A stretch of DNA of 64,000 nt from Chrysomallon squamiferum (taxonomy: Eukaryota; Animalia; Mollusca), in assembly GCA_012295275.1 (NCBI GenBank), contig CM022665.1, forward strand, positions 30,070,001-30,134,000, written 5' to 3'. Both the position numbers and the translations under genes were made by a program. The notes under the pieces are model-generated. The model had not been told where the DNA came from. It was given only the letters and a program-made list of their open reading frames with translations, and searched no databases. Below are positions 15,001 to 28,640 of the stretch, one piece after another (position 1 is the first letter of the stretch; every line of letters begins with the position of its first letter).

Positions 15001-17456
15001 ATATCAGAAAATTTCTGAAATCCAAAACCAACGTAACATAAATGTCTGTCTATAACACTACCTCCAGGCTGTAAATTTAAGCTAAATGTGAAAAGTAAAT
15101 GGTTTTCTGTGTTCAGATTTGATTCCCAAGTTTATTCCTAAAAATGAAATTTTCTGAAATCTGACAATCTTTTGGACCTAAGCATTTCAGATAAAAAAGG
15201 ATTTTCTGTATGTGGGGAACTTCATGGGAATTTTTCTTACAGACATGACATTTTGACACCCTCATACTATGCTTCTATGAAAACTTGTGTACTTTTTTAT
15301 ACCTTTTGTGTTAAAAGAAGCCATGTTTATTTCAAACAAGAATTTAAAAAAAAAAAATTGGCTTTACATATTAAAAGAGTATGACAGATGTGATATCATT
15401 TGGACACCAGGAATGTTTTTGTAAATATAACTTATGAATTCTGCTCTCTTGTATCTTCTGTTTTAAATCCTTAGAATGTTTTAGTTAGATCACTAGACTG
15501 TTAGCAGTGACATGCAAAGAAAATACACAATACCAGTGATGTAATTATAAAAATAAACGATTAAACAATAAAAGTAACATGATATGCATTTTGTCAGTCA
15601 ACAAAGTTACCTCATTAAATGACAGGATACAATGAAATGAAAAATTAACCTCAGCTGTATTATATACATTTATGACATTTGCAAAATAATGTGCGTCTCA
15701 CATGTTTATCAAGCATGCTTACATTTAAATAACATGGTAGATATTCCACACTGACAGCTATCTGCTACTTTAAAAACCAGAGTATCACGAAGCTCATTTC
15801 GTGCACTCTGGGTCTTGAAATCTTTGCAGTTGGCATCAATCAGTTTCAGCTGGATCTTGTTCCCATGTCCAGTATGACACTTATTTTCTTTTTGTTTGGA
15901 AGGAGGGGAGAGATAAAATGCACTGGAATTCTTCAACCATTCTGCACATCTGTTTATGGTGTAGTTACGTCCTGTAATCTTTCTTTTAAAAAAAGAAAAA
16001 GAAAAATTAAGAAAAAAGATCTCATCAGAAACATTCAGGAAGTAATATTTTATTTAACAAAGTTTTCAACATATTTTTATAAATCTAAGTTTTTAATTTT
16101 TAAATAAGTGCTGTTTTCTATTTCAAACTAAATAAAATCAAAATACATTTAATGAGTAAGTTTTGTGATTTGCACCTACTGGTCAGAGAAAGCAATTACT
16201 GTTATCAGCTGTGGCCTTTTTATATCATAAATATATGTCACTATAAATTACAGATATCATGTATAAAGATCACAGAATAAAAAATCCTGATAAATAAAAA
16301 AGAAGTGTTAATGCTACACTTTTTCGATTAATAACAAGGTTTATTTTATGTGCAACTTGCCAGAGACAAAAAAGTACATGGATTTTGATATACATGTTGT
16401 GGGATAGGAAATGCTTGTAATATTGATTATTTAAAAAAACACCAATAAAAAAAAAAACCTCCATATAATGATATATATATTGTTGAAAAACAGGGGTTTC
16501 TATTTAGTAAATATTTTGAGAGTTATATAATCCATGAAACCTTAATTTTCTGTCCCTTTAAAACATATATATACAATGGCCAGTAATAACTGAAAAAACA
16601 TATTTAATAAATTAAAACTGCAAAATACTTCAGTGTCATCAGAATTTTTTTTTATTTCTACAGAAGCATTACCATAAAAGATTTTTTATAAATATTTTTG
16701 TAGCTGCTTGACAGAGCAAAAGTAATGTGGGAATCTCTTTTGGATTATAATATTCAAATTCTTGAAAAACAACTGACATAAAATATACATCTTGTTATCA
16801 TATTACAGTTCATCAGCATAATAGTTCAGTGATGAAAATGATAGCCTATGTAACTGCTTAGCTGTCATAATGATATTAGTTGATCAGAAATTGGTAGAAT
16901 AAACTGCTATTTTAAACTAAATTGATTTTAAATTTTGGTAGATAAAAGCAATTTAAACTGATGGTTTTTTTTAAAAACACAATTAAATTTAATTCCATAT
17001 ATATGAAGCCCTAAGAAACCCATTTTGCATAAAAAATTAAAAAACAAACAAACAATTTTAAAATAAAAAATGTAACTTACTCAGGGTTCAAAATGAATGG
17101 ATGTGTCCTTCTGTTTCCAACAAAAGTATTTAATGCTTGTGAACTAATCTGTTCATAGCTTTTAGCAACAACGAGGACATCCAACAAACCAGACATGTTT
17201 AAATTTAATCCTTTTTTACAAGTGATAGATGTCTCCCATTTTGTTTTGTCAAACAGAGCAATGACAAATGCTGTTGTGTTCACTGGAACGTTCTAGATTA
17301 TAATGAAAAACAAAATACAATAAATACTAAATAAAAGTTTAGACTTTTGGTCTAATTTTAAAAAAATAATATGTGTTTGAAAAGGATTTGGGGAATTTTA
17401 AAATTTATTTAATTGGGTTCTCCCTGCCCCCCTTAATTCTTTTAGGTATGTGTATA

Positions 17457-17497
<41 letters not shown>

Positions 17498-19551
17498 TAT
17501 TTTTTTAAACTGTTTAAATCAGTTGGTTTAGTCATTAGTAGAAACTTTTGAAAAAAAAACAAAAAAACATATATATATATATATATTCTGACCTGAAATA
17601 TTTTAAAATTAATTAAAATAATTAAATCATAATATTAGGGGTAAAATAAATAAGAACAATATTAAAACAGTAACAAAAAGAATTAAAAAAGAATTAAAAA
17701 ATTTAAGAAAAAGAAAGAAAAGAATCCTAACTTACATCAGGTATGGGAAAAATTTCAAATTCAGACATTTGTGATGAAACTGAATTATTGATTTTGATGT
17801 CATGAAGACATTTGTTTTCTACCCCATCAAAAAGAACCAGTGAGAGATCAGGATAACCACCTTGCTGTAAACCTGGAAGTAAGCATAATATTACTTTCAT
17901 CACTTTTTCTGTTGAAGTATATTTAGATGTATCTGTGTGTGTCTTATATATATATATATATATATATGTAGAAGGAGAAAAGCTGAATATATATTTTTTA
18001 ATTTACCATTTAGACAATCTGTCAAATATTAGAAATTTATATAGAATGGTATTTTTAGGAATACTGAATGTGGAAATTGATTGCTTTCTAACACAATTTT
18101 GCAAAGACAATGAATAATAAAATAAAGTTTTTCAAAAATTTACTACATAATTAAAACAAAACAATAAAGTTTACATCAACTGAATATAAATTCATAATGT
18201 GTGTCTTTAACTGCTGTGTCAAATTAATTTCTTGTATGTATCATACCTGTATGTTTGTAAATCTGCAAATTCATATTAAAATACTGTATTTGTATACTGA
18301 AATAATTTAAACTTTTTAATAAAATTCATAAGCAATTTTTGTTTTAATGTAGACATACATGTATTAAATTAGATATAAATGTGTAAATAATAAAAAATAA
18401 ATACTGTGCAAAAAAAAAAATTGTTTAAAATGATACTTTTTTTAAAAATGTTACTATTTAAACATTTTATGTAATGAAACTAAAGTAACTTATAAATCAT
18501 GAAATAAAAATAAAAACAAAACAAAAGAAACATTACCTTTAAGCTCTACAAAATGGCCCTTTTCAGCGACTATAAGACTGACTTCATTAATCATCACCTG
18601 TTTCTGAGGTCTGACAGTTGGTGTTGTCATAGCTGTTGAACTGCTGCTAGATGTCTGAGATGTGGAGCTTGTACTGGTTGAGGGAGAAGTAGATTCCGAT
18701 GATGCAGCAGAACTTGTAGAAGCCGCTTGTTTAGTAGAAGATATGTTTACTTTGGGAGCTGAAGAAGTGGATCCTAAGGCAGATGAAACCGTTGTTGACA
18801 TAGCAGCTGTAGAGTTACCAGTTGTAGAATGAGTGTTTGTTGTATCAGGAGGTATAGATGAAGAGTTAGTAGTTGTCAAATTAGAAGATGTTGTTCCTAG
18901 AACTGCAGTACTGGTTGGAGATACTGCAGATGTAATACTAATAGTTGCAGCTGTGGCAGTCTTACTGGCTGATTGTGTTGTGGGTACTGAAGTATTTGAA
19001 CTTCCATACCCTGTAGCTGGTTGTACTGTTGTTGGAATGACAGATGATGTATGATTTTCAAAGTCAGTAGAATCTGTCAGATAATAAGATCCATTTTGCC
19101 AGGACAAGAATTCAGTTGCTACAGGTGTATTGTTGAAGTAATTTACCGTTATATTAAGAGCATGTGACAGATTTGTGGCTACTTGATCTAGTTGTGAGGA
19201 ACAATTAAAACAATAAACTGCTGAACTTAACAGTTTTGTACTATCAAGGTCAGTGATGTTAGAAAAACTGCCATTGAATACAGCAACTCCACCCAGATGT
19301 ATTAAAGTGTGATTTATTTGAAGACTGAGAACTATATCCGACTGTTTCTTGGTTTCCTCGATATACTGGGTGTGATTGTTTCTACTGGAATATATCACCA
19401 CTGTTATATTGTTGGCCAGTTCACCGAAGTTGGCTTTAATCTCAATATGAGGTAATGTCCCCCAGAGCTTTATTTCAGTTATGTTTACCTCAGCCAATGT
19501 AAAACACATGACCAAAGAAAAGAACAGAATGTGACAAGTCAGCATTTTCAT
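12095..19551 (-). CDS. Uncharacterised type I membrane glycoprotein (~684 aa): signal peptide, lamin-tail-like module, Ser/Thr mucin stalk, second module, Cys-containing juxtamembrane domain, TM helix, acidic tail
   Basis: Minus-strand exons 19551-18537, 17872-17736, 17292-17081, 15982-15723, 14128-13931, 13558-13453 and 12221-12095 all have GT-AG ends with matching phases (total 2055 nt). Signal peptide MKMLTCHILFFSLVMCFTLA; many NxS/T sites; TM IAVVMSCLAVFLIIVVVVIIYL followed by RKKRR; tail ...LDEEDDDLV...SFENKLYNRFTS*. Confidence 0.9.
12560..12990. repeat. Degenerate ~30-bp minisatellite (TGATCACTATGAGCAAAATACATCCTGTACT-like) in an intron
   Basis: Recurrent 'gatcactatga(g/a)caaaatac' units, best conserved at 12660-12830. 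Confidence 0.85.
14085..14600. repeat. Degenerate ~130-bp tandem repeat copying an exon 5' end plus its splice acceptor
   Basis: 'agaaatgcttcaaa...ttccacaatggtattt..actgaaaa' occurs at 14086 (real exon edge) and 14341, with weaker copies near 14215 and 14475. Confidence 0.7.
14987..15209. mobile_element. Degenerate Tigger/MER46-like Tc1-mariner MITE remnant
   Basis: The end 'ctgaaatctgacaatcttttggacctaagcatttcagataa...ctgta' resembles Tigger4/MER46-type termini (recognised from memory). A related fragment lies near 10250-10316. Confidence 0.35.
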
Positions 19552-20502
19552 CTTGATAAACTTTTGATGATTTGTTTATATTACTTCATACATGCATGCT
19601 TCTAAAATTAAATGAAAACAAACAAGTATTAACTATTGTATACACTTAATGACAGTTGAATAAAAAAAAAGTTGTTTTGTGAAAACATTTTTTTAGAAAT
19701 GAATACAATACAAATAAATAAATAAATTTGTATTATTGTTATAATTAAAAATAAATTGATACTTTAAACTATTTCCAGTGCTGATTACTATTTTCAGAGA
19801 TGGAGGTCAGATTACTCACACAATACTTACGCCTATTTATTATTATTATTATTATTTTAGGTATGAATGAATGATCATTTAATGACATCCAGCACAAAAT
19901 ATATATTGGATGTCAAATCAAAAATAAATACATTATTTGAAATGTTAGTGAGTAAAATAAATAGAACTAAAAAGTAATTATACATTTACAAAATCTAATT
20001 ACAGACATGACTTGCTTATTGTAGGCAAGGCCAGTAACCTGTAACCCCCTCAAAAATTGACAACTTTAATTTTTATGTAAGATGGTAATGATCCAAACTG
20101 ATTTAAGTTTAACTGCTGAAAAAAAAAAAAAAATGTTTTGGAAGTAACAATGAACTGAGAATAAACCATTATCAACAATGAACTATTACTGGTATATTTT
20201 ATTTTATTTTATTTTATTTTTATTTTTTCCAAAAAAAATTACATGTAATGCATCTTATAGGGTCTGTGTTCTAGGTGGCTTAATGGTAGCACCTAGATTC
20301 TAGAATTAACATGTGGTTGTTATTGCTTTTGCTTATTTACTTTCTATTTCCCCCAACCATGGTGGTTGAAAATATCATCTTTTCTTTCCATACTGTTGGT
20401 CAGATGAATAATATTTTATTTAAACTGGTGGCATTTCATTATTTATTTTTATTTTTATTTTTTTGTGTGGTACTTTCACTGACAGGATAATCATAATGTA
20501 TA

Positions 20503-21797
20503 GGGTAAGGTGGGGGTAATTCTGGTCCCCTTTTCCATTCAACCTCACCTACAGTTTCACAGATAAAAGGAAACAACAAAATGGAGTGAATAATGTGTTG
20601 TATATCTATTTCTGCTTCAAAATACACAAACACTATATGCATAGTGCTTATACTTTTGAAATGGGAACCTGGTTAAAAATTGTTATCATGGGCCAAATTT
20701 ACCCCGATGATTTGGGGTAAATCTGGCCCCCACATTCACGATGTATTTTGGTCCTCAAATTTGTTGTACTGATTATTGCTATGTAGTCATTGTCTACAAA
20801 TAATAATTAGTCCTAATCATAATATAAGTCATATTCAAAACTTCAACAAACAAAACTCCTCGACAAATATGACCCAAGAATACAATATCTTTCAAGTCTG
20901 TACCAGCTCGGATTTCGCAAGGATCAAGACAGTACCAATTTGGGCACCGTCACATCCTATGAACTCGTCAGAATTCATTCCATCATCAACTCTGCCACAG
21001 AGTTCACATTTTTCTTTGTGTGTCTACTACATTTCTGTTTTCTAATTCAGGCTTGTCACCATCAACATTTTCTTTGACTGCATCCACCAGTTCTGCTGTT
21101 TTGACTTTGCTATCTTCTTCTGGGTTTTTTTGTAGTTTTGCCTCTCTCACCTTTGCTTTCTTTGCCTTGTCTTCCTCCTCCTGCTTCTTCTTCTCTGCTA
21201 ACTCTTCTTCATATCTCTTGACACTTTCTTCTTCTGTCAATGCCTTAGCATATCTTATCCTCTTGGTTTTATTTGAAGTTTGACAATGTGCCCCACCAGA
21301 CATTCAGTTGTTTGAAAAAACTTAAATAAAACTCAGAATGGACTATATCAATGACAAAACTATTGATTTTACCACCAAATATTTGGGCCAGATTCACCCT
21401 ATCCATGGGGGCCAGAATTGCCCCAAGTGGTGGAATAAAATAAAGCACATATTTCTTGCCTAATTACCACATGTTAATCAAGTTTCTTCTGCTGAACTTT
21501 ATTAATTGATGATATGTTTATGTTATAACTTATCACTAACCTTATGTCTATAGGATTGAAAAAATAACACTTATTTTTAAAACCTCATGATGCACTTTTT
21601 TTTAAAACCTTGTTGTTTTCATTACTTTCATGGTCACTATACTTCACATGCAAATGGCTGATTACCTACATCCTTTGTTCTAATGAGAGATAGGACGGTT
21701 CTATTTATATCAACAAAGTTCAGAAATCTGCACAGAACAGTATATTGGCTGCAAGTCATAATAAACCTTGGGGGGCCAGAATTACCCCACCTTACCC
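20503..21797 (-). mobile_element. Internally deleted pogo/Fot1-like Tc1-mariner DNA transposon
   Basis: TIRs GGGTAAGGTGGGGGTAATTCTGG / CCAGAATTACCCCACCTTACCC, flanked by TA on both sides, with internal copies of the TIR motif at ~20690-20730 and ~21385-21425. The minus-strand remnant encodes KRIRYAKALTEEE + a K/E-rich helix, then a frameshifted PHD-like finger (CELC...IGCDG/CPNWYC). No DDE core. Confidence 0.85.
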
Positions 21798-22110
21798 TAT
21801 GTATTGTGACATCATGAACTGATTCAAATACACAGTTAATAATTTAGCAATACAACTCGATTCCCGAACTTTGTTATTTACCATATAAACGTAGCGATTA
21901 AATCATTAATCAACACCAAAAAAAAGTTAACATTACTGAAATATATTGGCTTACACAAGTTATCATATGTGTTTAATTTTTTCTTCCCTTTTTAAAATTA
22001 TATTAAAGGCAATACCCAAACGATAAAGACAATGTATTAAGTGACCTTGCTAACCTCAAATGCTGACTAAAACAACTATTAATAATTTATAATGCGTGTC
22101 AATACCTTAC

Positions 22111-22340
22111 TTTAGATACGCATTAAAATGATTAAAGATATTGAAAGACAACACAAGTGCCTGTGTAGGGTTCATTATCTGTTGCTAAGATTTCAATATA
22201 CTAACTAAATTATGTTACCTTCAACATCTGGTATTACAATTATACACCTCCTCTGCGTACATGAGAATGCATATGTATCATCTTCCAGGTGTACTGCTTT
22301 TTGTTGACTTGGCCTTTGTCATACATGATAGACTGTTTCA
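22111..22340 (-). other. Putative non-coding first exon of the membrane-glycoprotein gene
   Basis: Minus-strand donor AAA|GTAAGG at 22111/22110. The coding exon has an acceptor (ttttag) 50 nt upstream of its ATG at 19601. The start site is uncertain. Confidence 0.4.
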
Positions 22341-22606
22341 ATCTATTCGACGTAACCGAACAGAAAGCAACAGTTAAAAGTAGGGGAATCCCATACTTAA
22401 CTTTCCAAACCAATCAATAAAAGTAGTAAGAATAATAAAACTAGGGACAAAATCTAAGCAATTAATATTTCATAAATAAAGATTAAATATATATTACTAA
22501 ATAGTTTTTAAATATATTTTGTTACATTTTGTTTTTAAACTAATGCTACTTTTTATATAAAATATATATATATTATGGTTTAGTTTACCTGATTTATGGC
22601 GGGATA
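22340..22606. promoter_or_regulatory. Putative bidirectional promoter (POLE2 / membrane glycoprotein)
   Basis: GGGGAATCCC (kB consensus) at 22383-22392, CCAAT at 22410-22414, and E2F-like TGGCGGGA at 22597-22604 just before the POLE2 ATG. Local CpG retention; head-to-head gene layout. Confidence 0.55.
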
Positions 22607-25600
22607 ATGGCTGCTAAATTGAAAACGCAAATTTTGACTGCTTTTAAAATGCATGGTTTCACCTTAAGGAGGTAAAAATATAATATAACATTTCATTTTA
22701 AAAACTGACATTTAAAAAATATTACTTTAAATAATAAATGCTTGATCTCTACGCTTCTGTGATATCAGGCGATTATGATTATCACAATTATAATTATATG
22801 CCCCTTACATTTTCACCATTTTCGATATGAATTGTAACGTAAAGAAAAGTTCGTAAATACACATACAAATCTTTTCTAACAATTTTATATTACCCATTTA
22901 AAACAGTTTTAGACGCATATAATGACACGATTAAATATATAGAAAAAACAACACGCACACACAAAACAAAAACAAATAAACGAAAAAAATGTGGGAATTT
23001 ACTGGATAATGGATTGAGATGCTGATCTGGCAAATGTTTTTTGATTATGGTACTGTTTACCAACACAGAAACCTTATAATTAATTATGCATTTCAGAAAA
23101 GAAATCAAAATTTGTTTATTTTCAGTGAAGCCAGTAAGTACCTGGTTGATATCTTGAGTCCTATAAATGAAGATGAGCAGGAGGAATGGATTGACAAAAT
23201 TATTGAAATTATCCAGAAACAACCATGTAAAATTATATAATTTTATTTGCCTAAGACTTTTTGTTTTTTAAAAAATGAATTCTTTTTAAGCAAAGATTTT
23301 TTTTTTTAATCCAAGTAATATTGTAATAATTTATTATTGTTTTTAGTTATTTTTAAAAATATAAAATAAGAAATATTCAGTGCACAGAAGAATTATTATG
23401 ATAATAATATTGTTACTTACATCTGAGTTACCAAAAAACTTTTCTTTTAGAACTGTTTTTTTTTTTTTTTTTGAATTTTAATATATTTTGCAGTTTACAA
23501 ATTAATAATTTTGCAATGCTGTCGTGTTTTTTTCCATACTTTATTTTATTTATTTATTTATTTATTTGTTTTCACTGAAAACTGGCCAAACAATAAAACG
23601 CTGCATAAAATGTACTTTTATTTTGATCATTTATAATCAAAACAGATAACCTTATTCTTAATGTCAGTTTTGTTGAAAGTATTAATATTCATATTATAAT
23701 TAATTTTCTATTTATGTTACAGTGTCATCATCTGTTATAGACAAAACACTCTGTGAAACTGCTGTCCTTGAATGCAATGCAGAACAAGAGGATGATTGGT
23801 AAAGTCACAGTGTTTTGTAGAATTAATACTAAAACTAATAGAAATACAATAAGTTTGTAACTTTGTGTATGTAATTCAGATATGTCGGTTGAATATCATA
23901 CATGTCAGGTTAAAAATAAACCCCTCTTCTGCATTCTTTATATAAGTTACATGACATTTAGATGCAAAAAGGTGTGTAATATATTCCTTAGTGAATCAAA
24001 ATATTTTTTTTTGTATGCACTGAGTTTATTATTATTTAAAAAAATTATTAATTATTATTATCTTCTTTTTTCTTTTATATTTTGTTAAAAACAAATATTT
24101 CATCTAAAGAACTGAACCTTTTTAAAGATTAAGAATAATTATATATTAAAATACACATTCACGAAGAATATACATATGATTTTACCTATTATTTTGTGTT
24201 TTCCAGTGACAAGATGTTTTCTGTCATCGATGCATTCTCAATTCCTCGATATTCCTACGGTTCTGACAGGAAAAAGTTTATTTTGTAAGTGTTTTGAGGA
24301 CATTTGAAATTACATATTTTATAGAAATGAAAAGAATCTGATATTAAGCCAGGTATGTCCAAAGTCTGGCCACAGGTCAATTTTAATACAACCTGCGGCT
24401 ACGATTTTCTAATATATTCATTACGGCCTGCTATGACTGTCAAACAGAGTAAATACATCATAAAAGGTTCAAATGCATTTTTTTCCTTTCACTTCACAGT
24501 GGCAGCACCACAGTGCAATCTGGCTCTATGATTCTTCTGTGAACTCTTCTCACAGATCTACCCATGCAAGTAAAAAAAACGAAAGTTGACAGTGAGGGCC
24601 AATGTTTCCAAGAGAAATGTGAATTACAATATTGTTTCACTGAAATTTGGGGCAGTTGTGTTTGCCTAATTTGTCAAGACACAGTTGCCATGTTGAAGGA
24701 ATTCAGTGTAAAGAGACACTACCATACAAAACATGCGAACTCATAAGAAAAGCTGACAGGGAGTGAGTGCAGTGATAAAGTGAAGCAACACCAAGCATCT
24801 TGGGCTTCACAATAGCAGCTCTTCGTACACACTTTCAGGTTAAATGAAAATGTCACCAAAGCAAGCTATAAAGTGGCCATGTTAATTGCCAAACATGACA
24901 AAAACTTTCACAGAGGGTAAATTTATCAAAGACTATCATTATGTCATGAAAATGATTGAGAATATTGGTCCCAAGAAGAAGCAAGAATATGCTAGTTTTT
25001 GCCTGGTTCATAATACTGTGACATAGAGAATACAGAACATACCATCAGATATCTAGAGACATCTGAGGGACAGGTCAGAGAAATTTGATTATTTTTCATA
25101 AAACTTCACTTTATAATTCACCAGCTGTGCACAAAACATCTCAAATTTGATCATGTTATGAAACCTTTAGTAAAGGCAATCAATTCTATTCTATGGCCCT
25201 TTACCACTGCTAGTTAAAGGAATTTCTCAATGACATTCAGTCTGAATGTGGAGAAGTGGTACATCACTGAACCCTGCACCAAACATTTCCCAATTTTCCA
25301 CAGGATAACATGGGTGCACAAATAGAGAGGTATGCCACAACTCTTGTCTCTTTCTGCAGAGTTTAACAAACACTTTCAGGATTTTGCAGCTATTGGAAAG
25401 GACGTGCTGCTTTTTTCTTCTCCATTCTCCATGGACCTCACTGAAATGCAGTGTGACAATGAGGGCCGTGGCGTACACTCACAACTTTCTCTTGTAGACG
25501 TTTACTGTCATCTGGATAAAGGCAGGTTTCCTAAAATGTGACAATTTGCAAACAGAATGCTGAGCTTATTCAACTCCACATATTTGTGTGAAAAACATTC

Positions 25601-28600
25601 TCTGTGATGAACTTAAGCAAAAACTGCTTCAGGACAAGACTAAGTGACATTTTATACATCTCAACCACTGCCCTCAAACCAGACATGGTATCTCTGTTGA
25701 TTTCCATGTTGCCATTTAAAAAAATTGTAATTGTGACAATAAAAATACAATGATTATAGAACAATGCATTTGCATGTAACTTTTTTTGTTAAAACAATTT
25801 CAGAAGAGACAGTGGTTCCCAGACATCCTCATGTTCTCAGAACTGGTCCTCTTTAAAAAAAAGTTTTGACACCCATTGAAAATTTATAAAGGCCTGAAGC
25901 TAACTTTAAGGAAAACTGATTTCTCCTTCCTAACTCTAAGAAAATGTTTTGAACATGAGGATGACATAAATTTTTAAAGTAACAAATTTCAAAACAAGTA
26001 AAAGCAATATATCTGTTTAACTGTAAGTCTAGAAAACTGATATCAATATGGATTGGATCTTCACAAGTTCAGCTTTTCAAAACACCATTTCATGAGATGG
26101 ACCACATTAATAAACATTAACACAAGTTCACAACTCATTTTCTTTCATCATAAATTTTTTACATATAAAAGCCAGTGTGTTTGCTTTTTTTTTTTTAAGA
26201 TGATACTTATTCACCCAGCCACAACAAAGTTAATGACATTAAAGTGAAGTTTTGGCTTGTTTCACTTATTAGATTTGCAATAGAAATTTTTCTTATAAAA
26301 TGTCTCCTGGTTATTTAATAATTTATTAATTTTATAATTGTTGTTGTTTAAGCATGCTATTAATATTATTGTGCATTTATTAAACAGTAAATAGATAATT
26401 TACATTTTTTCTTTCTTTTTTTTTTTCATAGAAATAGTGAACTTGGGTTATCACTGCCTGCTTTGTTTGGGACTCCAGCTGACAAGGCTAATCTTTTCAG
26501 AGACAGATATACTGTTCTCCATCAGGTATGTACACTTAAGTTACATTGACAGAGAGGCCAAAGATCAGCTAGTCTAGATTACAATAGTTACTAGTAAATA
26601 TTTTTATTTAGTAATTTTTTTTTTTTATTAGTACTTTTTTTTTTTTCACATATTTGTTAAATGTGAGGTTTTCAAACTGAATTTTTTTAATTCACAAATT
26701 TTTATATTTCCAGTTATATGTTTAAGCTCACTTCTTAAATCTTCAAAACAGTGTCAAAACAGTTCATTTTTTTCTACATTTACTTATTTGTATTTGCTAG
26801 ACTGTCAAAATTAAAGTCTTATTGTTATTCATAGAAAATATCAGTTTAGCTTTTTTGCACAAATTTATTTATTTTCAGTTTTATTTAATTGGATATCAAC
26901 CTTTGTGTTACACAGTTACCAAACCTTTGCCAAATAACAACAATAATGAAACAAAAAAATGTTCTCTGATATTTCAATTATATGTCTACATATACTTACT
27001 AGTACACAGAAAACAAATTGATTTTGATTTATTGTGTTTTAGAGAACATTAAGACATGACCTGTTTACAACCCCAGTTCTGAAAGGAGTGCCAGAAGAAA
27101 ATAATAAAAAATTTCATGTGAGTATTTTAAAACTATAAAATATTCTGAAGTACCAGGCAGTTCATAAATAACTGAGCAGAATGTATGTTTGTGAAATTTC
27201 TGGTGAAATGTTCTGTGAAAGACTGATTTGAAAAATGTTATGAAGTTAATGGATAGCACTTTGAACATCACTTGTAAATACACTAATGCTTTAAATATTT
27301 TTTCTAAATACAGTTTAAAAATAAATATGTAAACAATTTTTACAATCACAGACTGCCCAATTTCATATTACGTTATACATATTAAAAAGCCCCCTCTCCA
27401 AAAAAAAAGTAGTCTTAAAGTTAAAGGGATGGATGAGTGGCAAAAATAAAACATTATTTTCTATGTTACTAAATTGAAACTTGATGGAAACAATCCCCAT
27501 ATATTACCATAAAAAACTAGTATTAATTTTTAATTTTTTTATCATAAATAGTTACTTTTACTTTTTTAATATATGTTTTTTAATATTACAGTATCTCATT
27601 TTATGAACATCTCCAACCCAAAACATATATATACATCATTCAAACTTCTGGGGTGCATCATAGATATATGTTTGTACAGAAAAACAGAAATAAATTACTC
27701 TTTATTTACATATTTCAGAAGAAACATTTTTTAAAATCATATATTTAGCATTTATATTCTGAAGATAAAAAAAGTGATATAAAGGTATATAAATGGAATG
27801 GTTAATTTTTCCAAGATTTTCCTACTGTCATTCTGTAGTGTTTGTTTCTAAATGTATATTTCAAAATTTTCGAATTTCTAGCACTAATAACTTTCATGCA
27901 GAAGCTGCCATAAAATGTTAGGAAAGTACAAAAAATTAAGAGTGACAAACAAATGAAGTTTCATAAACCAAATTTCCACTTATTGTTGCTAAAGGGTTGA
28001 TGTTATGGATTATTATTATGTTTTCTCTGTATATGCACTTCCTTTGGCAAAAAACCTGAAACATTTATCTGAAAAAGTAACATTTATATATATATTTTCA
28101 AAATGGTGATAAAAACTAAAAAGAGATTTTGTTTCTTCAAATTTTGTAATTTTTGGCCTAGCATGTCCCATTAAAGGAATTCTTGTAAGAGAAGTCACAT
28201 ATACTTGAATTATAATAATGATATTAATATGATAAAATATATTGGTTGACATTTAGGTATTCAGTATTATATGTCGAATTTGGAGATGACTTACAGGTTT
28301 AAATGCCAATTAAGGACAGTGATTATTGGTTGAAAATATTGAGTAGAAAGTTAATAATACATCCTCCTCCAATTAATCAATGCAAAAACATTGTCATATA
28401 ACTTAGAGTAAAAATTATAAAAAAATTTAATTTTTTGTATTTATCAGTTATTAATCTTCTGTTTCAGCTCAAACCAATAGAGTATCTAATAGGTAGTACT
28501 TCCAAGCTAGGGGAGATAATTGTGCTAGGAATGCTGACACAACTGAAAGAGGCAGGCAGTTTTTATATTTAGTTATTGTATTGATGTCTGCTTCATTATA

Positions 28601-28607
28601 TTATTAT

Positions 28608-28640
<33 letters not shown>

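Noticed and set aside
15960-15973. Apparent frameshift in the membrane gene if the CAG acceptor at 15972 is used
   Set aside because: The upstream AAG acceptor (exon start 15982), directly after the polypyrimidine tract, restores the frame, so this is not a pseudogene.
18833-19054. Plus-strand 73-aa ORF and similar antisense ORFs (21020-21283, 48252-48482)
   Set aside because: These are shadows of coding or TE sequence on the opposite strand.
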